In this document: in pieces, positions 20,262-31,314 of the stretch
Position numbering within the stretch: the stretch's first letter is position 1
Layout of the letters: every line of letters starts with the position of its first letter
Assembly (NCBI GenBank): GCA_965237525.1
Contig: CBDEFO010000008.1
Coordinates: 1,920,001 to 1,984,000 of the forward strand
Length of the DNA: 64,000 bases
Direction of reading: 5' to 3'
Source: Candidatus Latescibacterota bacterium
GTDB lineage: Bacteria; Latescibacterota; CBDEFO01
Program-made: the position numbers and the translations under genes
The notes under the pieces: model-generated
The model's input: the letters and a program-made list of their open reading frames with translations, nothing else
Database searches by the model: none
What the model was told of the DNA's origin: nothing

Positions 20262-21509
20262 GACCGAATACGAAGTTCCGGAATCACAGTTTCGCCAACG
20301 AATCGCGCGCGCTTATGAACTCGCCAGTGAGCATTACCTGAGCGCCGTCGTCGTCTATTCGGCGCCCAGAATCCACCAGTGGACCCAGACCGGACACGTG
20401 GGATATCTGACCAACTGGTCCAATCTGGATCGAATCACTGACTCGATGGTGGTTGTGAGTCGCGATGCAGAGCCTGTCCTTCTGGTGGCCGGCGTTGAGT
20501 ACATGCTGGACCAGATCAGAGAAGTCTCATGGGTCAGCGACGTGCGGTTGGTCAGCTCGCCCGATCCTCGAGCTGTCTCGGCTGCCTTCGACCCCAGCGT
20601 CGGCGGGCAAGAAGCAGCCCGCGGGGCCAGAACCTTCGGCAGCGAGATTAGCCAGATTCTGAAAACCAAGCGTTGCGCTGACAGTTCCATTGGCATCGCA
20701 GGCCTGGATGCCATGCCCGCCGCCATCCACCGGGACCTGGCATCGTGCCTGGACGGCCGCATTGCCGACGTGCCTGATATCGTGTCCCGGCTCCGTGCGA
20801 TTAAGACGCCGCAGGAACTGGCGATTCTCAGACAAGTCGCGGCTATCTCTGATCGCTGCTACGAGACCATGATGGAGGTCTTGACCGATGGGATGTGGGG
20901 CTACGAGCTTAGCGCGGAGATGGACCGCGCTGCCAAGCGCGAAGGCGCTGATCTTGTCTACAATACTGTGCACAGCGCTCCAGGCGGGGACCTGTCAAGG
21001 GGCAAGCTGTCCATCAAGGCCCACGATTGTCGGCTGCGCATAGCGGTGATTACATCAATGTCAATGCCTATGTGGTTTACAAGGGCTATTGGATTCAATC
21101 AGACCGGGTCGGCACCATCGGCCCAGAGCTGGGATCAACAGCCGCCCGTGCAGTCGAGGCCAATCTCCGCGTGCAGGATGAGGTCCTGGCAGCGATTAGG
21201 CCGGGATTGCCCATCGGCGAGCTGGTGCGTATCGGGGACGAGGTGGCCGAACGGCAGGGCTACCGGATCCAGGGCGGACGAATCGGTCACGGACAGGGAT
21301 TGGATTATTCCGAGCAACCTTTTCTCATCGCAGGCAGTCGCGAAACCCTCAAACCGGGCCACGTGTTTGTCCTGCATGTCTGCCTGGAGCTACCCGGCAC
21401 GAATGTTCTGATCAACCCCATCGCCGACCTGTGTCACGTGACCGAGGATGACGTCGAAGTGCTCAACCGATTTCCTCGCGGGCTCTTTTACTCTCAGGAG
21501 TCGCCATGA
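20251..21509 (+). pseudogene. M24 (Xaa-Pro peptidase/creatinase-like) protein, frameshifted near 21035-21045
   Basis: LRAIKTPQEL is in one frame and GRIGHGQGLD..E.P / LKPGHVFVLH in the next. Confidence 0.8.
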
Positions 21510-22097
21510 ACGTGAATCCTCTCAAACAGATATGGGAAGCTGGCGTGGCACTTCCAGGACAAGGGTACGTCGAGATGATTCACAACTTTTTGCACCAACA
21601 CTGACCCTTTACAGGCAGCTCTCCTTATCGTGCAGAGCTTTCAATACCCTGGATGGCCTTGAGCGTTTCCTCCACTAGCATATCTCCTATGTTTGTTTCA
21701 AGAGCAGGACTGCCACATATCTCTGCCGTCTGAGCCGAAGTGTAACCCACCGTTAGAATTTCCCGCGATAGGGTCCATATTCTGTGAGATCGTTGCTACT
21801 ACCCGGCATAAACAGATTGTCAGTGGGACACCTGATTATCTTGACAAAATTAATGGGATATAAGTAGTCGGGTATCTCTGGCTAAATTAGCCTCTACCTG
21901 TTTCCTGCCGACTGTTTCCGATCTATATAGTCATGTCCAGAGTATTTTCAACTGATCCTTAGATCTTAGATTAGAGCGCAGACTGCTGAGATAGCTCTGA
22001 GGGAATTAGAGGATTCAAGCAGAAGGAGATTGAGATAAGGGACGTATCTTCTGTTGAAATTGAAATCTGGTTTGTGCAGTTAAGGCTCAAAAATTAC

Positions 22098-22126
22098 TTG
22101 ACTAATACCATCATACGATTTAGATT
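22098..22126 (+). promoter_or_regulatory. Sigma-70-like promoter
   Basis: TTGACT-17 nt-TAGATT upstream of the FmdB-family gene. Confidence 0.45.
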
Positions 22127-22219
22127 TATACTCTGATATTCAAAAATAGATTGACCCCTACTCGCCGATTGAATCTATCGGGGATAGATCAAAATTATAC
22201 TCATAGAACTGGAGGTTAG

Positions 22220-22525
22220 ATGCCCACTTACGAATATGAGTGTGTTGACTGCGGATATCAGTTCGAAGAATTTCAGAGCATAACAGCCGATCCCATTGAT
22301 TCCTGTCCCAAATGCGCAGGAAGGGCAAAGAAACTGATAAGCGCCGGAGCAGGATTCTTATTTAAGGGCTCCGGATTCTACGCTACCGATTACCGCAGTG
22401 AAAGCTACAAAAAAGATGCGAAGAAGGATAAGGGTACTCCTTCCGATTCTGGATCTTCAGGCAAGGAGAAAGATTCTACCTCTAAAGCCAAGGAGAAAGA
22501 TTCTACCTCTAAAGAAAGCAATTGA
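22220..22525 (+). CDS. FmdB-family zinc-ribbon protein
   Basis: MPTYEYEC..CG..FE, CPKC, FKGSGFYATDY; 27-bp tandem duplication (KEKDSTSKx) in the tail. Confidence 0.92.
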   Translation: MPTYEYECVDCGYQFEEFQSITADPIDSCPKCAGRAKKLISAGAGFLFKGSGFYATDYRSESYKKDAKKDKGTPSDSGSSGKEKDSTSKAKEKDSTSKESN

Positions 22526-22637
22526 TCCCCGATAGATTCAATCGGGGATAGATTCTCTAAGATGGAAAAATTGTGGAACTGATACGGTGTTTAGAAGTCT
22601 ATTTTAGGGTGTTTACTGGTGAAAACCGAGGGAGATT

Positions 22638-23372
22638 ATGAACGTGAAAAGGACGGTAATATCGTTATTCTTTGCAGCCACAGCTCTCTCTGGGTGCGGT
22701 AAATCTCCGGAGGAGCTCTACTCGGAGGCGCTTTCTGCGCAAAAAGATGGCAAAGCGCAAGAGGCAATATCCAAATATGAAAACTTAAGAAGGGAGTATC
22801 CGCAAAGCCAACTGGCTCCAAAGGCTCAATTTATGATAGGCTTGGTGTCGGAAAAAATCCTCAAAGATTACAAGAAAGCCAAGACAGAATATCAAGAAAC
22901 GTTGGATAGTTATCCCAATTCGGCAGAGGCGGACAGCGCGGGAATAGCTATAGAGCAGATGGCAATCACTATCTTCTCTGAGGGGCAGAGAGCATCTGTC
23001 AAACCTGCGTTATTCTCAAAGGCTGAGGAGCTTTTGAACACGTTCCTGGAGCTTTATCCCAATCATTCCTCGTGTGACAGCACACTTTTGACACTCGCCA
23101 GAATCGCACAGAACAAGGGCAATGCAAAAAAAGCGATCTCAATGTATAATCAGCTTTTGGACAAATATCCCAACAGCAGATTCGGATACCAGTCCCAGTT
23201 TATGATAGCTTTCGTTTACGAAGAGATGTTAAATGATCACGAGAATGCTAAACTGGCCTACCAAAAGGTGATAGACAACTATCCTGACTCGGACCTTGCC
23301 GACGACGCAGAGGTTATGTTAGCACACATAGGCAAAGATCCGGAGGATTGGATCGATTTTCAGGCTCCTTAA
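22638..23372 (+). CDS. TPR-repeat lipoprotein (BamD/YfiO-like)
   Basis: Lipobox LSGC; repeated YP.S..A..A.F.I units. Confidence 0.82.
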   Translation: MNVKRTVISLFFAATALSGCGKSPEELYSEALSAQKDGKAQEAISKYENLRREYPQSQLAPKAQFMIGLVSEKILKDYKKAKTEYQETLDSYPNSAEADSAGIAIEQMAITIFSEGQRASVKPALFSKAEELLNTFLELYPNHSSCDSTLLTLARIAQNKGNAKKAISMYNQLLDKYPNSRFGYQSQFMIAFVYEEMLNDHENAKLAYQKVIDNYPDSDLADDAEVMLAHIGKDPEDWIDFQAP

Positions 23373-23750
23373 GTTACAAGAAATAGCAAATCTCATCTAA
23401 AGAAAATGGAAGCAGAAAAAAGGATACTATCTCTAGACATTCCCATTCTTACGCATTACAGAAACCGTACCCTCCGAACTGAAGCCATCCCTATCACTAT
23501 AACTCAAGCTGTTTCAGAAAGTCCAAGGGCATTCTTCTGGATGACTCAACTCCTTATGTCGGGACCCTGAAAAGAGTTCTTCCCCGATAGATTCAATGGG
23601 GGATACTTTTTGGGGAGAAAGGATTGAGATAGGCCTAAAGATAGGCCTAGACTGCCCCGTCTTCTTGGAGTCGTCCTACGGAGTCGTCCTACATAGTCGG
23701 CGTAGCCGAAAGATCAGTCGTTGGAATTCAAAGGGAACGGAGAAAACTGC

Positions 23751-24746
23751 ATGCAGATGGCAGCGGACATAGAGAAGATCAACGAAATGATAATGGGTGA
23801 AAGCGCCTTTACAGAGAAGATAATCTCCGAGATCGGCAAGATCATAGTCGGACAAGAGCAAATGGTCGAGCGCATCTTGATAGGTCTCCTTTCGGACGGT
23901 CACATCCTTTTGGAGGGGGTCCCGGGTCTGGCCAAGACTTTAACTGTTGTCACTTTAGCAAAGACGATACGGGCTCAGTTTCAAAGGATACAGTTCACAC
24001 CCGACCTCCTTCCGGCAGACCTTGTGGGGACAATGATCTACAGTCAGGAGACTGGAAAGTTCAATCCCCAAAAGGGTCCGATATTTGCAAATATCATACT
24101 TGCCGACGAGGTCAACCGCTCTCCTGCAAAGGTCCAGAGCGCGATGCTCGAATCTATGCAGGAACACCAGGTTACCATAGGGCATAGCACGCATCGCCTC
24201 CCTGAGCCGTTTATGGTGTTGGCCACGCAAAATCCCATAGAACAGGAGGGTACCTATCCGCTTCCGGAGGCGCAGATAGATAGATTTATGCTCAAGATAA
24301 ACATCAGCTATCCTAACAAGACCCAAGAGCGGGAGATTATCGACAGGATGACCTCCGGAAACGACCTGCACGTGAATCCGGTAATAGACCTACAGGATAT
24401 CCTGAAGGCCCGATCTGTGGTAAGCCAGGTTTATATAGACGAGAAGATAAAGGACTATATAGTTGACATCGTCTTTGCAACGAGAGAGCCTGAAAACTAC
24501 GGTTTGAACGATCTGTCCGGTTTGATCGAATACGGCTCCTCCCCGAGGGCGTCCATATATCTTGTGTTGGCGTCGAAGGCTCAAGCTTTTTTGAGGAGAC
24601 GAGGCTACGTGACTCCTGAAGATGTCAAGGAGGTCGGGATGGATGTCCTGCGCCACAGGGTCATAGTTACCTACGAGGCCGAAGCTGAGGAGATAACATC
24701 TGAGGACATAATAAAAAGGATATTCGATCACATAGAGGTACCCTAA
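23751..24746 (+). CDS. moxR: MoxR-family AAA+ ATPase
   Basis: GHILLEGVPGLAKT, RIQFTPDLLPAD, LADEVNR, ATQNPIEQEGTYPLPEAQ.DRF. Confidence 0.96.
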   Translation: MQMAADIEKINEMIMGESAFTEKIISEIGKIIVGQEQMVERILIGLLSDGHILLEGVPGLAKTLTVVTLAKTIRAQFQRIQFTPDLLPADLVGTMIYSQETGKFNPQKGPIFANIILADEVNRSPAKVQSAMLESMQEHQVTIGHSTHRLPEPFMVLATQNPIEQEGTYPLPEAQIDRFMLKINISYPNKTQEREIIDRMTSGNDLHVNPVIDLQDILKARSVVSQVYIDEKIKDYIVDIVFATREPENYGLNDLSGLIEYGSSPRASIYLVLASKAQAFLRRRGYVTPEDVKEVGMDVLRHRVIVTYEAEAEEITSEDIIKRIFDHIEVP

Positions 24747-24748
24747 AT

Positions 24749-25627
24749 ATGATCCCAAAAGACATATTAAAGAAGGTCAAACAGATAGAGATACAGACCA
24801 GGAATCTCGTAAATACGGTCTTTTCAGGTGAGTATCATTCCGTCTTCAAGGGCAGGGGGATGGAGTTTGCGGAGGTGAGAGAGTACCAGACAGGGGACGA
24901 CGTAAGGACTATCGATTGGAACGTGACGGCCAGGATGAATCATCCGTTTGTCAAGGTCTTCGAAGAGGAGCGGGAACTGACGGTGATTTTAGTCGTGGAT
25001 GCGAGCTCCTCCGGAGAGTTCGGCACGGTTCATCAGATGAAGGGGGAGATAGCCGTAGAGATATGCGCGCTGCTGGCATTTTCGGCTATCAAGAACAACG
25101 ATAGGGTAGGGCTGATCATCTTCACCGACGATGTTGAGAAGTTCATCCCGCCCAAAAAGGGCAAAAAGCACGTGTTGAGAGTTATAAGGGAGCTCCTCTA
25201 TTTTGAGCCGAGAGGAAGAGGTACCGACATAGCCAGGGCGTTGGAGTTCCTGAACAAGGTGACCACAAGAAAGAGCGTGGTTTTTATTGTATCGGATTTT
25301 TTGTCCCAGGGCTACGACACCTCTTTGAAGATAGCCAGCAAAAGGCACGACGTCATAGGCATAACGATCACAGACCCCAGGGAGATGGAACTGCCGAATG
25401 TAGGGATTGTGGAGTTGGAGGACGCTGAGAGTGGAGAGAAGATATTGATGGACACCTCCGACCCACAGATCAGAGAGAGATTCTCCACTCTGAACGACCA
25501 GGAGAGGTCAAAGCGGGACAGGCTCTTCAGGTCGATCGGAGTCGATTCGGTAGACGTAACGACCCACCGCCCTTATGTGGAATCCTTAATGCGCTTTTTC
25601 AGGATGAGGGCCAGCAAATTCAGGTAG
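24749..25627 (+). CDS. DUF58 protein (MoxR partner)
   Basis: KGRGMEFAEVREYQ.GDDVRTIDWNVTAR. Confidence 0.94.
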   Translation: MIPKDILKKVKQIEIQTRNLVNTVFSGEYHSVFKGRGMEFAEVREYQTGDDVRTIDWNVTARMNHPFVKVFEEERELTVILVVDASSSGEFGTVHQMKGEIAVEICALLAFSAIKNNDRVGLIIFTDDVEKFIPPKKGKKHVLRVIRELLYFEPRGRGTDIARALEFLNKVTTRKSVVFIVSDFLSQGYDTSLKIASKRHDVIGITITDPREMELPNVGIVELEDAESGEKILMDTSDPQIRERFSTLNDQERSKRDRLFRSIGVDSVDVTTHRPYVESLMRFFRMRASKFR

Positions 25628-25714
25628 AGATCGAAAGCTGGGAACTTTATCCCGACGTTGTCGTAAAATATTACAGATCGCTTTCTGAGCAATTAGACGC
25701 GAGGATACACCTTT

Positions 25715-26317
25715 TTGGAATTTAAGTACTGGCTCCTCCCGATCATCAGCGCGGCGGTCGGATGGTTTACAAACTATGTGGCCGTAAAGATGATCTTCCA
25801 TCCCCGAAGGAGGATAGAGTTCTGGGGGCTTTCGATACAGGGTCTGCTCCCCAAAAGACAGGGGCAGCTTGCCGAGAGTATAGGAAGAATTGTCGAGGAA
25901 GAGCTCCTTACACACGCAGATATAAGACGTGCAATTTTTGAGGATGGATTTTGCGACACTGCGGCGGACGTGATAGGTCGCAGGATAGACGAAACAGTGG
26001 ACTACAAGCTGAAACCGTACAGTATCTTCCTGAAGAACTCGGTCGCCAAGAAAGCCCTTCAGAGATTCAAGGATGCTCTGACCTACGAAGCTGTTTCTCT
26101 CATTCCTGATGTATCGGATGAGATGATGAAGCGCATCGAGGAGAACATAAAGATAAGGGACATGGTAAAGGATAAGATAGAAAAGTTCGACATGGATAAG
26201 TTCGAAGGCATAGTATTCAAAGTAGCCGATAAGGAGTTTAAACATATAGAGATGTTCGGAGGGGTACTGGGATTTTTGATAGGGGTTCTGCAGATGGTGT
26301 TAATAAAGCTTTTGTAA
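25715..26317 (+). CDS. DUF445-family membrane protein
   Basis: GWFTNYVAVKMIFHP, QGLLPKRQ, C-terminal GGVLGFLIG. Confidence 0.88.
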   Translation: MEFKYWLLPIISAAVGWFTNYVAVKMIFHPRRRIEFWGLSIQGLLPKRQGQLAESIGRIVEEELLTHADIRRAIFEDGFCDTAADVIGRRIDETVDYKLKPYSIFLKNSVAKKALQRFKDALTYEAVSLIPDVSDEMMKRIEENIKIRDMVKDKIEKFDMDKFEGIVFKVADKEFKHIEMFGGVLGFLIGVLQMVLIKLL

Positions 26318-26333
26318 AACAAGGAGGTCGCGC

Positions 26334-27275
26334 TTGATTGAAGTTGAAAACCTAACAAAATACTACGGGAGAGTCCCGGCCGTTGAGGACATCGCTTTCC
26401 GGGTTGAGAAGGGAGAGATTCTGGGCTTCTTAGGCCCAAACGGTGCGGGCAAGACGACGACCATGCGGATTTTGACCTGCTACCTCCCTGCGTCTTCGGG
26501 AACGGCGAAAGTGGCAGGGTTCGATGTTTTCGAAAACTCGATGGATGTCCGAAGGAGGATCGGCTATCTGCCGGAGCATCCCCCTTTGTACAACGAGATG
26601 ACGGTCAGGTCGTATATGAAGTACGTGGCCAGGATAAAGGGCGTGCCGTCGTCGGAGAGGAAAAAGAGATTCGACGTGGTAAAAGAGCAGTGCGCTATAG
26701 GTGAGGTCTGGAATACGATAATAAGTAAGCTGTCCAAGGGCTATAGACAGAGAGTGGGGCTTGCTCAGGCTCTCATCCACGATCCGGAGGTCCTGATATT
26801 GGATGAGCCTACGGTCGGCCTGGATCCCAAGCAGATAATCGAGGTGAGGGAGTTGATCAAGGACCTTGCTGGGGAGCACACAATAATCTTAAGCACGCAC
26901 ATATTGCCTGAGGTGGAGATGACCTGCCAGCGGGTCGTAATAATCAACAGGGGCAGGATAGTGGCAGAAGATACGCCTGAAAAACTTGTATCGAGGCTCA
27001 AAGGGGCAAATACCCTCTTTTTGAAGGTTGAGGGTCCACCTGAGGATGTGCTGAATACGATAAGAGCAATCCAGGATGTGAGCAAGGTCAGTCTGGACGG
27101 GGTGGCAGATGAGAACCAAATAAACAGCTATCTTGTGGAGAGCCAGATAACCAGCGACATAAGGGCGCAGGTTGCTTCCCGGATAGTGGCGGGCAATTTC
27201 TCTCTCCTGGAGATGAGACCCGTGGAACTAAGATTGGAGGACATCTTCCTTCAGCTTACTGCGGAGGAAAGCTGA
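26334..27275 (+). CDS. ABC transporter ATP-binding protein (GldA-like)
   Basis: GPNGAGKTT, LSKGYRQRVGLAQA, LILDEPT. Confidence 0.95.
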   Translation: MIEVENLTKYYGRVPAVEDIAFRVEKGEILGFLGPNGAGKTTTMRILTCYLPASSGTAKVAGFDVFENSMDVRRRIGYLPEHPPLYNEMTVRSYMKYVARIKGVPSSERKKRFDVVKEQCAIGEVWNTIISKLSKGYRQRVGLAQALIHDPEVLILDEPTVGLDPKQIIEVRELIKDLAGEHTIILSTHILPEVEMTCQRVVIINRGRIVAEDTPEKLVSRLKGANTLFLKVEGPPEDVLNTIRAIQDVSKVSLDGVADENQINSYLVESQITSDIRAQVASRIVAGNFSLLEMRPVELRLEDIFLQLTAEES

Positions 27276-28063
27276 TGAGAAATTTTTGGGCTGTCTACAC
27301 AAAAGAGCTGAAGACGTACTTCGTATCTCCTATAGCTTACACCGTAGCTGGGGTCTTTATCTTTCTGTCCGGTTACTTCTTCAACAATCTCCTCAAGGAG
27401 TTCAGCAGGATCTGCTTTACCTACACACAGCAGATGTCAAGAATGGGCGGCCAGATCCCCCTGCTGAATCTGAACGAGTGGGTGGTAACACCTTTCTTCG
27501 GCGTGATGGACTTTATTTGGCTCCTAATGATTCCGATGCTGACGATGCGGCTCTATTCGGAGGAGAAGAAAGCGGGGACGATGGAGCTCCTGATGACTTC
27601 GCCTATCACTACAGTTCAGGTCCTGCTCGGCAAGTTCTTCGCATGTTTTACGCTGTACCTTGCTATTGTGGCCACCACGATCGTATTTCCGATACTCCTT
27701 GAGATATACGCCGAGCCCGATTGGGGACCCATATTATCGGCTTATGCCGGGGTCATTCTGATGGGTTCGACGTTCATAGCGATAGGAGTCTTTATGTCGT
27801 CGCTTACGGAGAACCAGATAGTGGCTGTGATAGCAACTTTCGGGTTTATCCTTTTGTTCTGGCTACTGGACTGGTCCGCAAGTTTTGCCGGTCCGACATT
27901 GGGTGAGGTTCTCAGGTATTTGTCTATAATGCAGCATCTTGCGGACTTCCACAAGGGAGTGATAGATACCAATGATGTGGTCTATTACATAAGCTTCATC
28001 GCATTTGCTCTCTTCTTGACATATTCAGTCATAGAATCCAGGAGATGGAGGAGCGGAGTATGA
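27275..28063 (+). CDS. ABC-2 permease (GldF-like)
   Basis: KELKTYFVSPIAY, LTMRLYSEEKKAGTMELLMTSP, SSLTENQIVA. Confidence 0.92.
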   Translation: MRNFWAVYTKELKTYFVSPIAYTVAGVFIFLSGYFFNNLLKEFSRICFTYTQQMSRMGGQIPLLNLNEWVVTPFFGVMDFIWLLMIPMLTMRLYSEEKKAGTMELLMTSPITTVQVLLGKFFACFTLYLAIVATTIVFPILLEIYAEPDWGPILSAYAGVILMGSTFIAIGVFMSSLTENQIVAVIATFGFILLFWLLDWSASFAGPTLGEVLRYLSIMQHLADFHKGVIDTNDVVYYISFIAFALFLTYSVIESRRWRSGV

Positions 28064-29466
28064 CGAAAATACTCGCAAGCAGGACATTCAAATACGGTTC
28101 TAACGCCATAATTTTGGCCCTGATCGTACTGGGCATAGTGGCCGTAATAAACTATCTTTCCATCGAATATCACAAAAGGTTTGACGTGACGCCGGGAAAG
28201 CTCTACAGCCTTTCCGATCAGACTATAACTGTGCTGAAGAACCTGGATAAAGACATCAAGATCACGGCTTTCTACCGTGAGATGGAGAGCCCTAAATTCA
28301 AGGATCTTCTCCAAGAGTATTCCTATTACTCGGACAGGTTCTCCTACGAGCTCGTAGATCCCGATAAGAATCCAGCCATCGCCAAACAGTACGGGATCAG
28401 GGCCTACAGGACTACACTCATCGAGAGCGACGGCGCCTCCGAAAAGATAGAAAGCGACACAGAAAGGGACCTCACTAACGCTATAATGAAGGTCACAAGG
28501 GATGAAAACAAGGTGATATATTTCACGATGGGGCACGGTGAGGCGGACATTGACAACGATAAGACCAAAGAAGGATACAGCATCTTCAGAGACCGGCTCA
28601 AAGAATCTAACTACAACGTGGAGAAGGTCATACTCGCCCAAGAAGGAGGGATCCCCCAAGACTGCGATCTTTTAGTGGTAGCAGGACCCCAAAACCGCCT
28701 CTTCGACCCGGAGATAGGCTTGATCAGTACGCACCTGGATAAGGGAGGAGATGCCCTGTTCCTTCTGGATCCTTTAGTGGATTCCGGGCTTGAGGCAATG
28801 CTGAGGTCGTGGTCGGTGGAGGTCGGGAACGACTTCGTGGTGGACTTCGGGATTATCGGTAAACTGTTCGGTTTAAGAGACAACACGATGCCCGTGACGA
28901 CCCAGTACGGCAATCACGAAATCACCAAAAAGCATCAGCGCATTATGACGTTCTATCCCCTGGTAAGGTCGGTCTCGGCTATGGATAAAAAGGAATCGGG
29001 GACACAGGTAACAGAGCTGGTTTTGACGAGTTCTGAAAGTTGGGCTGAAAAGAGTGTGGATCTCTTGAAAGGCCCAGCGGGGAAGGTCGAGATAAATCAA
29101 GACCCTGATGAGAAGGGAGGGCCGGTTTCGTTAGCTGTGGTTGTCGTCTCGGATGCACGGATGGCGTCTCAAGATGAAGAGTCCGAGGAGGATGGAGATA
29201 AGAAGTCCAGGATAGTCGTATTCGGAGACCACGACTTCGGGAACAATCAGTTCTTCGGTCAGCAGGGAAACGGCGATCTCCTTATGAACTCAGTAAACTG
29301 GGTACTCGAGGAGGAGGAGCTTATCTCAATTCGTCCCAAGCAGCCCGGCTTCAATCCGGTGACACTCTCGGCAAAGCAGGGGGACGTCGTGTTCTATATA
29401 TCGGTCGTGGCGCTCCCCGCCCTAATTCTGCTTTCTGGAGTGGCGGTCTGGTGGAGAAGAAAATAG
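28060..29466 (+). CDS. GldG-like ABC auxiliary protein
   Basis: RFDVT..KLYSLSDQT, IYFTMGHGE, GNGDLLMNSVNW, C-terminal TM ending WWRRK. Confidence 0.9.
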   Translation: MTKILASRTFKYGSNAIILALIVLGIVAVINYLSIEYHKRFDVTPGKLYSLSDQTITVLKNLDKDIKITAFYREMESPKFKDLLQEYSYYSDRFSYELVDPDKNPAIAKQYGIRAYRTTLIESDGASEKIESDTERDLTNAIMKVTRDENKVIYFTMGHGEADIDNDKTKEGYSIFRDRLKESNYNVEKVILAQEGGIPQDCDLLVVAGPQNRLFDPEIGLISTHLDKGGDALFLLDPLVDSGLEAMLRSWSVEVGNDFVVDFGIIGKLFGLRDNTMPVTTQYGNHEITKKHQRIMTFYPLVRSVSAMDKKESGTQVTELVLTSSESWAEKSVDLLKGPAGKVEINQDPDEKGGPVSLAVVVVSDARMASQDEESEEDGDKKSRIVVFGDHDFGNNQFFGQQGNGDLLMNSVNWVLEEEELISIRPKQPGFNPVTLSAKQGDVVFYISVVALPALILLSGVAVWWRRK

Positions 29467-29567
29467 TACAGATGGCAGGCTTTAGGGATACCTTTTATGG
29501 ATATAAAGAATCAGGCAAGTAGTGACTTTAGCAATTAGTGCATTAGTTTGGCATCTGCACACGCATA

Positions 29568-30434
29568 GTGACAACGGAGCATAGCTTTATGTTGGAGCAA
29601 GTTAGTTTCTTTGCTGAAGGTCTAGATCACGCAGAAGGAGTGGCCGTCCATCCCGATGGCGGTGTCTGGTGCGGCGGCGAGGCCGGTCAGATCTATCGAA
29701 TCGATCCATCGGGTAAGAACGTGGAAGAAGTTGCCCACACCGGTGGGTTCGTGCTGGGTTTGGCATTTTCACCTGATGTCAGTTGGCTGGCAATCTGCGA
29801 TGCCGGGAACAAAGCAGTGATGAGATTAGAGCTGTCCACTATGGAGGTTAGCACGTTCGCACAGACGATTGGTGACTGGCAACTTATGCTGCCGAATTAT
29901 CCCGTATTTGCTCGGGACGGGACGCTATACGTTTCGGAGTCAGGCGACTTTGGAAAAGTCAACGGGCGCATATTTCGTTTCGATCGGGAGGGTAACGGTA
30001 CACTCTGGACCCGCGAGACGCTGAATTTCGCCAACGGCATGGCGTTGGATGCGGACGAATCGTACATGTATCTGGTGGAGACCTTCTCCTCGGACGTTTC
30101 GCGTTTTCGCATCAACGCGGACGGTTCCGCGGGTCCAAGAGAACTTTACGTGGATGACATACGCGAAGTCCCGGACGGCCTTGCATTTGATGTGGAGGGC
30201 AATCTCTACTGTTCGTGTTATGCCCCGTCTCGGATTTACAGAATTGATCCCCATGGTCGTACCTCCGTGTTGGTCGAGGACATTACGTGCCACATGTTGT
30301 CCAACTGCACCAACATCGCGTTCGGCGGGCCTGAATTTAAGACCTTGCTGATCACCAATCTGGGGCGCTGGCACGTTTCGCAGCTGCCGATGAATGTGAG
30401 GGGTCTGCCGCTTTCCTGTCATGCCGAGCAATGA
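29568..30434 (+). CDS. SMP-30/gluconolactonase family protein
   Basis: HAEG, PNY, ANGMAL, PDGLAFD..GNL, TNIAFGG. Confidence 0.9.
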   Translation: MTTEHSFMLEQVSFFAEGLDHAEGVAVHPDGGVWCGGEAGQIYRIDPSGKNVEEVAHTGGFVLGLAFSPDVSWLAICDAGNKAVMRLELSTMEVSTFAQTIGDWQLMLPNYPVFARDGTLYVSESGDFGKVNGRIFRFDREGNGTLWTRETLNFANGMALDADESYMYLVETFSSDVSRFRINADGSAGPRELYVDDIREVPDGLAFDVEGNLYCSCYAPSRIYRIDPHGRTSVLVEDITCHMLSNCTNIAFGGPEFKTLLITNLGRWHVSQLPMNVRGLPLSCHAEQ

Positions 30435-30492
30435 GCTCACCGTGTAGCTCACAGTGTCTGCGGCGAGGGTATTGAAATACTGAAAGGTTTAA

Positions 30493-31257
30493 TTGACGAT
30501 GGCTGCATCCATGTTTGAGCTTGATGGGCGCGTGGCGTTGGTCACCGGAGGTGGCAGTGGGCTGGGCCAGGCAATTTCCTGCGGCCTTGCCGACGCTGGC
30601 GCCCGTGTGGCTGTGACCGACAGAAATCTCGAGGGCGCTCGGGAGACCCTTGATATGATCCAGCAGAAGGGGGGAAAGGCCAGGGCCGACCACATGGATG
30701 TCAAGAATCGGGGGGAGATCGAGCAGGTTGTGGCCGATGTTCTCTCCGAATGGCAGGCCATAGACATCCTGGTTAACTCCGCAGGTCTTGCAATCAGGGG
30801 AACGGCGCTCGACTACGCGGAATCCGACTGGGATGAGATTATGGCGATCAATCTGAAGGGAACCTTTTTAACCATGCAGATCGTCGGACGGCACATGGCC
30901 GAACGCAAACGAGGGAAAATCATCAATCTGGCATCCATCGGCGCCTTTGTCGCCTATCCAGGCAGTATGGCTTATCTGGCCAGCAAGGGCGGGGTCGTCC
31001 AGCTGACCAGATCTTTCGCCGTGGAACTGGCCTCCGTCAACGTGCAGGTTAATGCCATTGCACCGTCTCTCTTCGATACGCCTCAGATAAGGAGAGTCCG
31101 TTCTGACTCTTTGGATTACTTTGTCCAGCGGACACCGGCGGGACGGCTGGGACAACCTGAAGAGATTGTAGGCGCCGCCATTTTCCTGGCGTCGGATGCA
31201 TCTCCCATGGTCACCGGACATACACTGGCGGTCGATGGCGGATACCTGTCAGTATAG
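30493..31257 (+). CDS. Short-chain dehydrogenase/reductase
   Basis: TGGGSGLG, NSAG, YLASK. Confidence 0.92.
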   Translation: MTMAASMFELDGRVALVTGGGSGLGQAISCGLADAGARVAVTDRNLEGARETLDMIQQKGGKARADHMDVKNRGEIEQVVADVLSEWQAIDILVNSAGLAIRGTALDYAESDWDEIMAINLKGTFLTMQIVGRHMAERKRGKIINLASIGAFVAYPGSMAYLASKGGVVQLTRSFAVELASVNVQVNAIAPSLFDTPQIRRVRSDSLDYFVQRTPAGRLGQPEEIVGAAIFLASDASPMVTGHTLAVDGGYLSV

Positions 31258-31314
31258 GCTATCGCCCCCGCATCGATTCATTCCACAGCCACATCCATAT
31301 CGGGAGGTAAAGAG

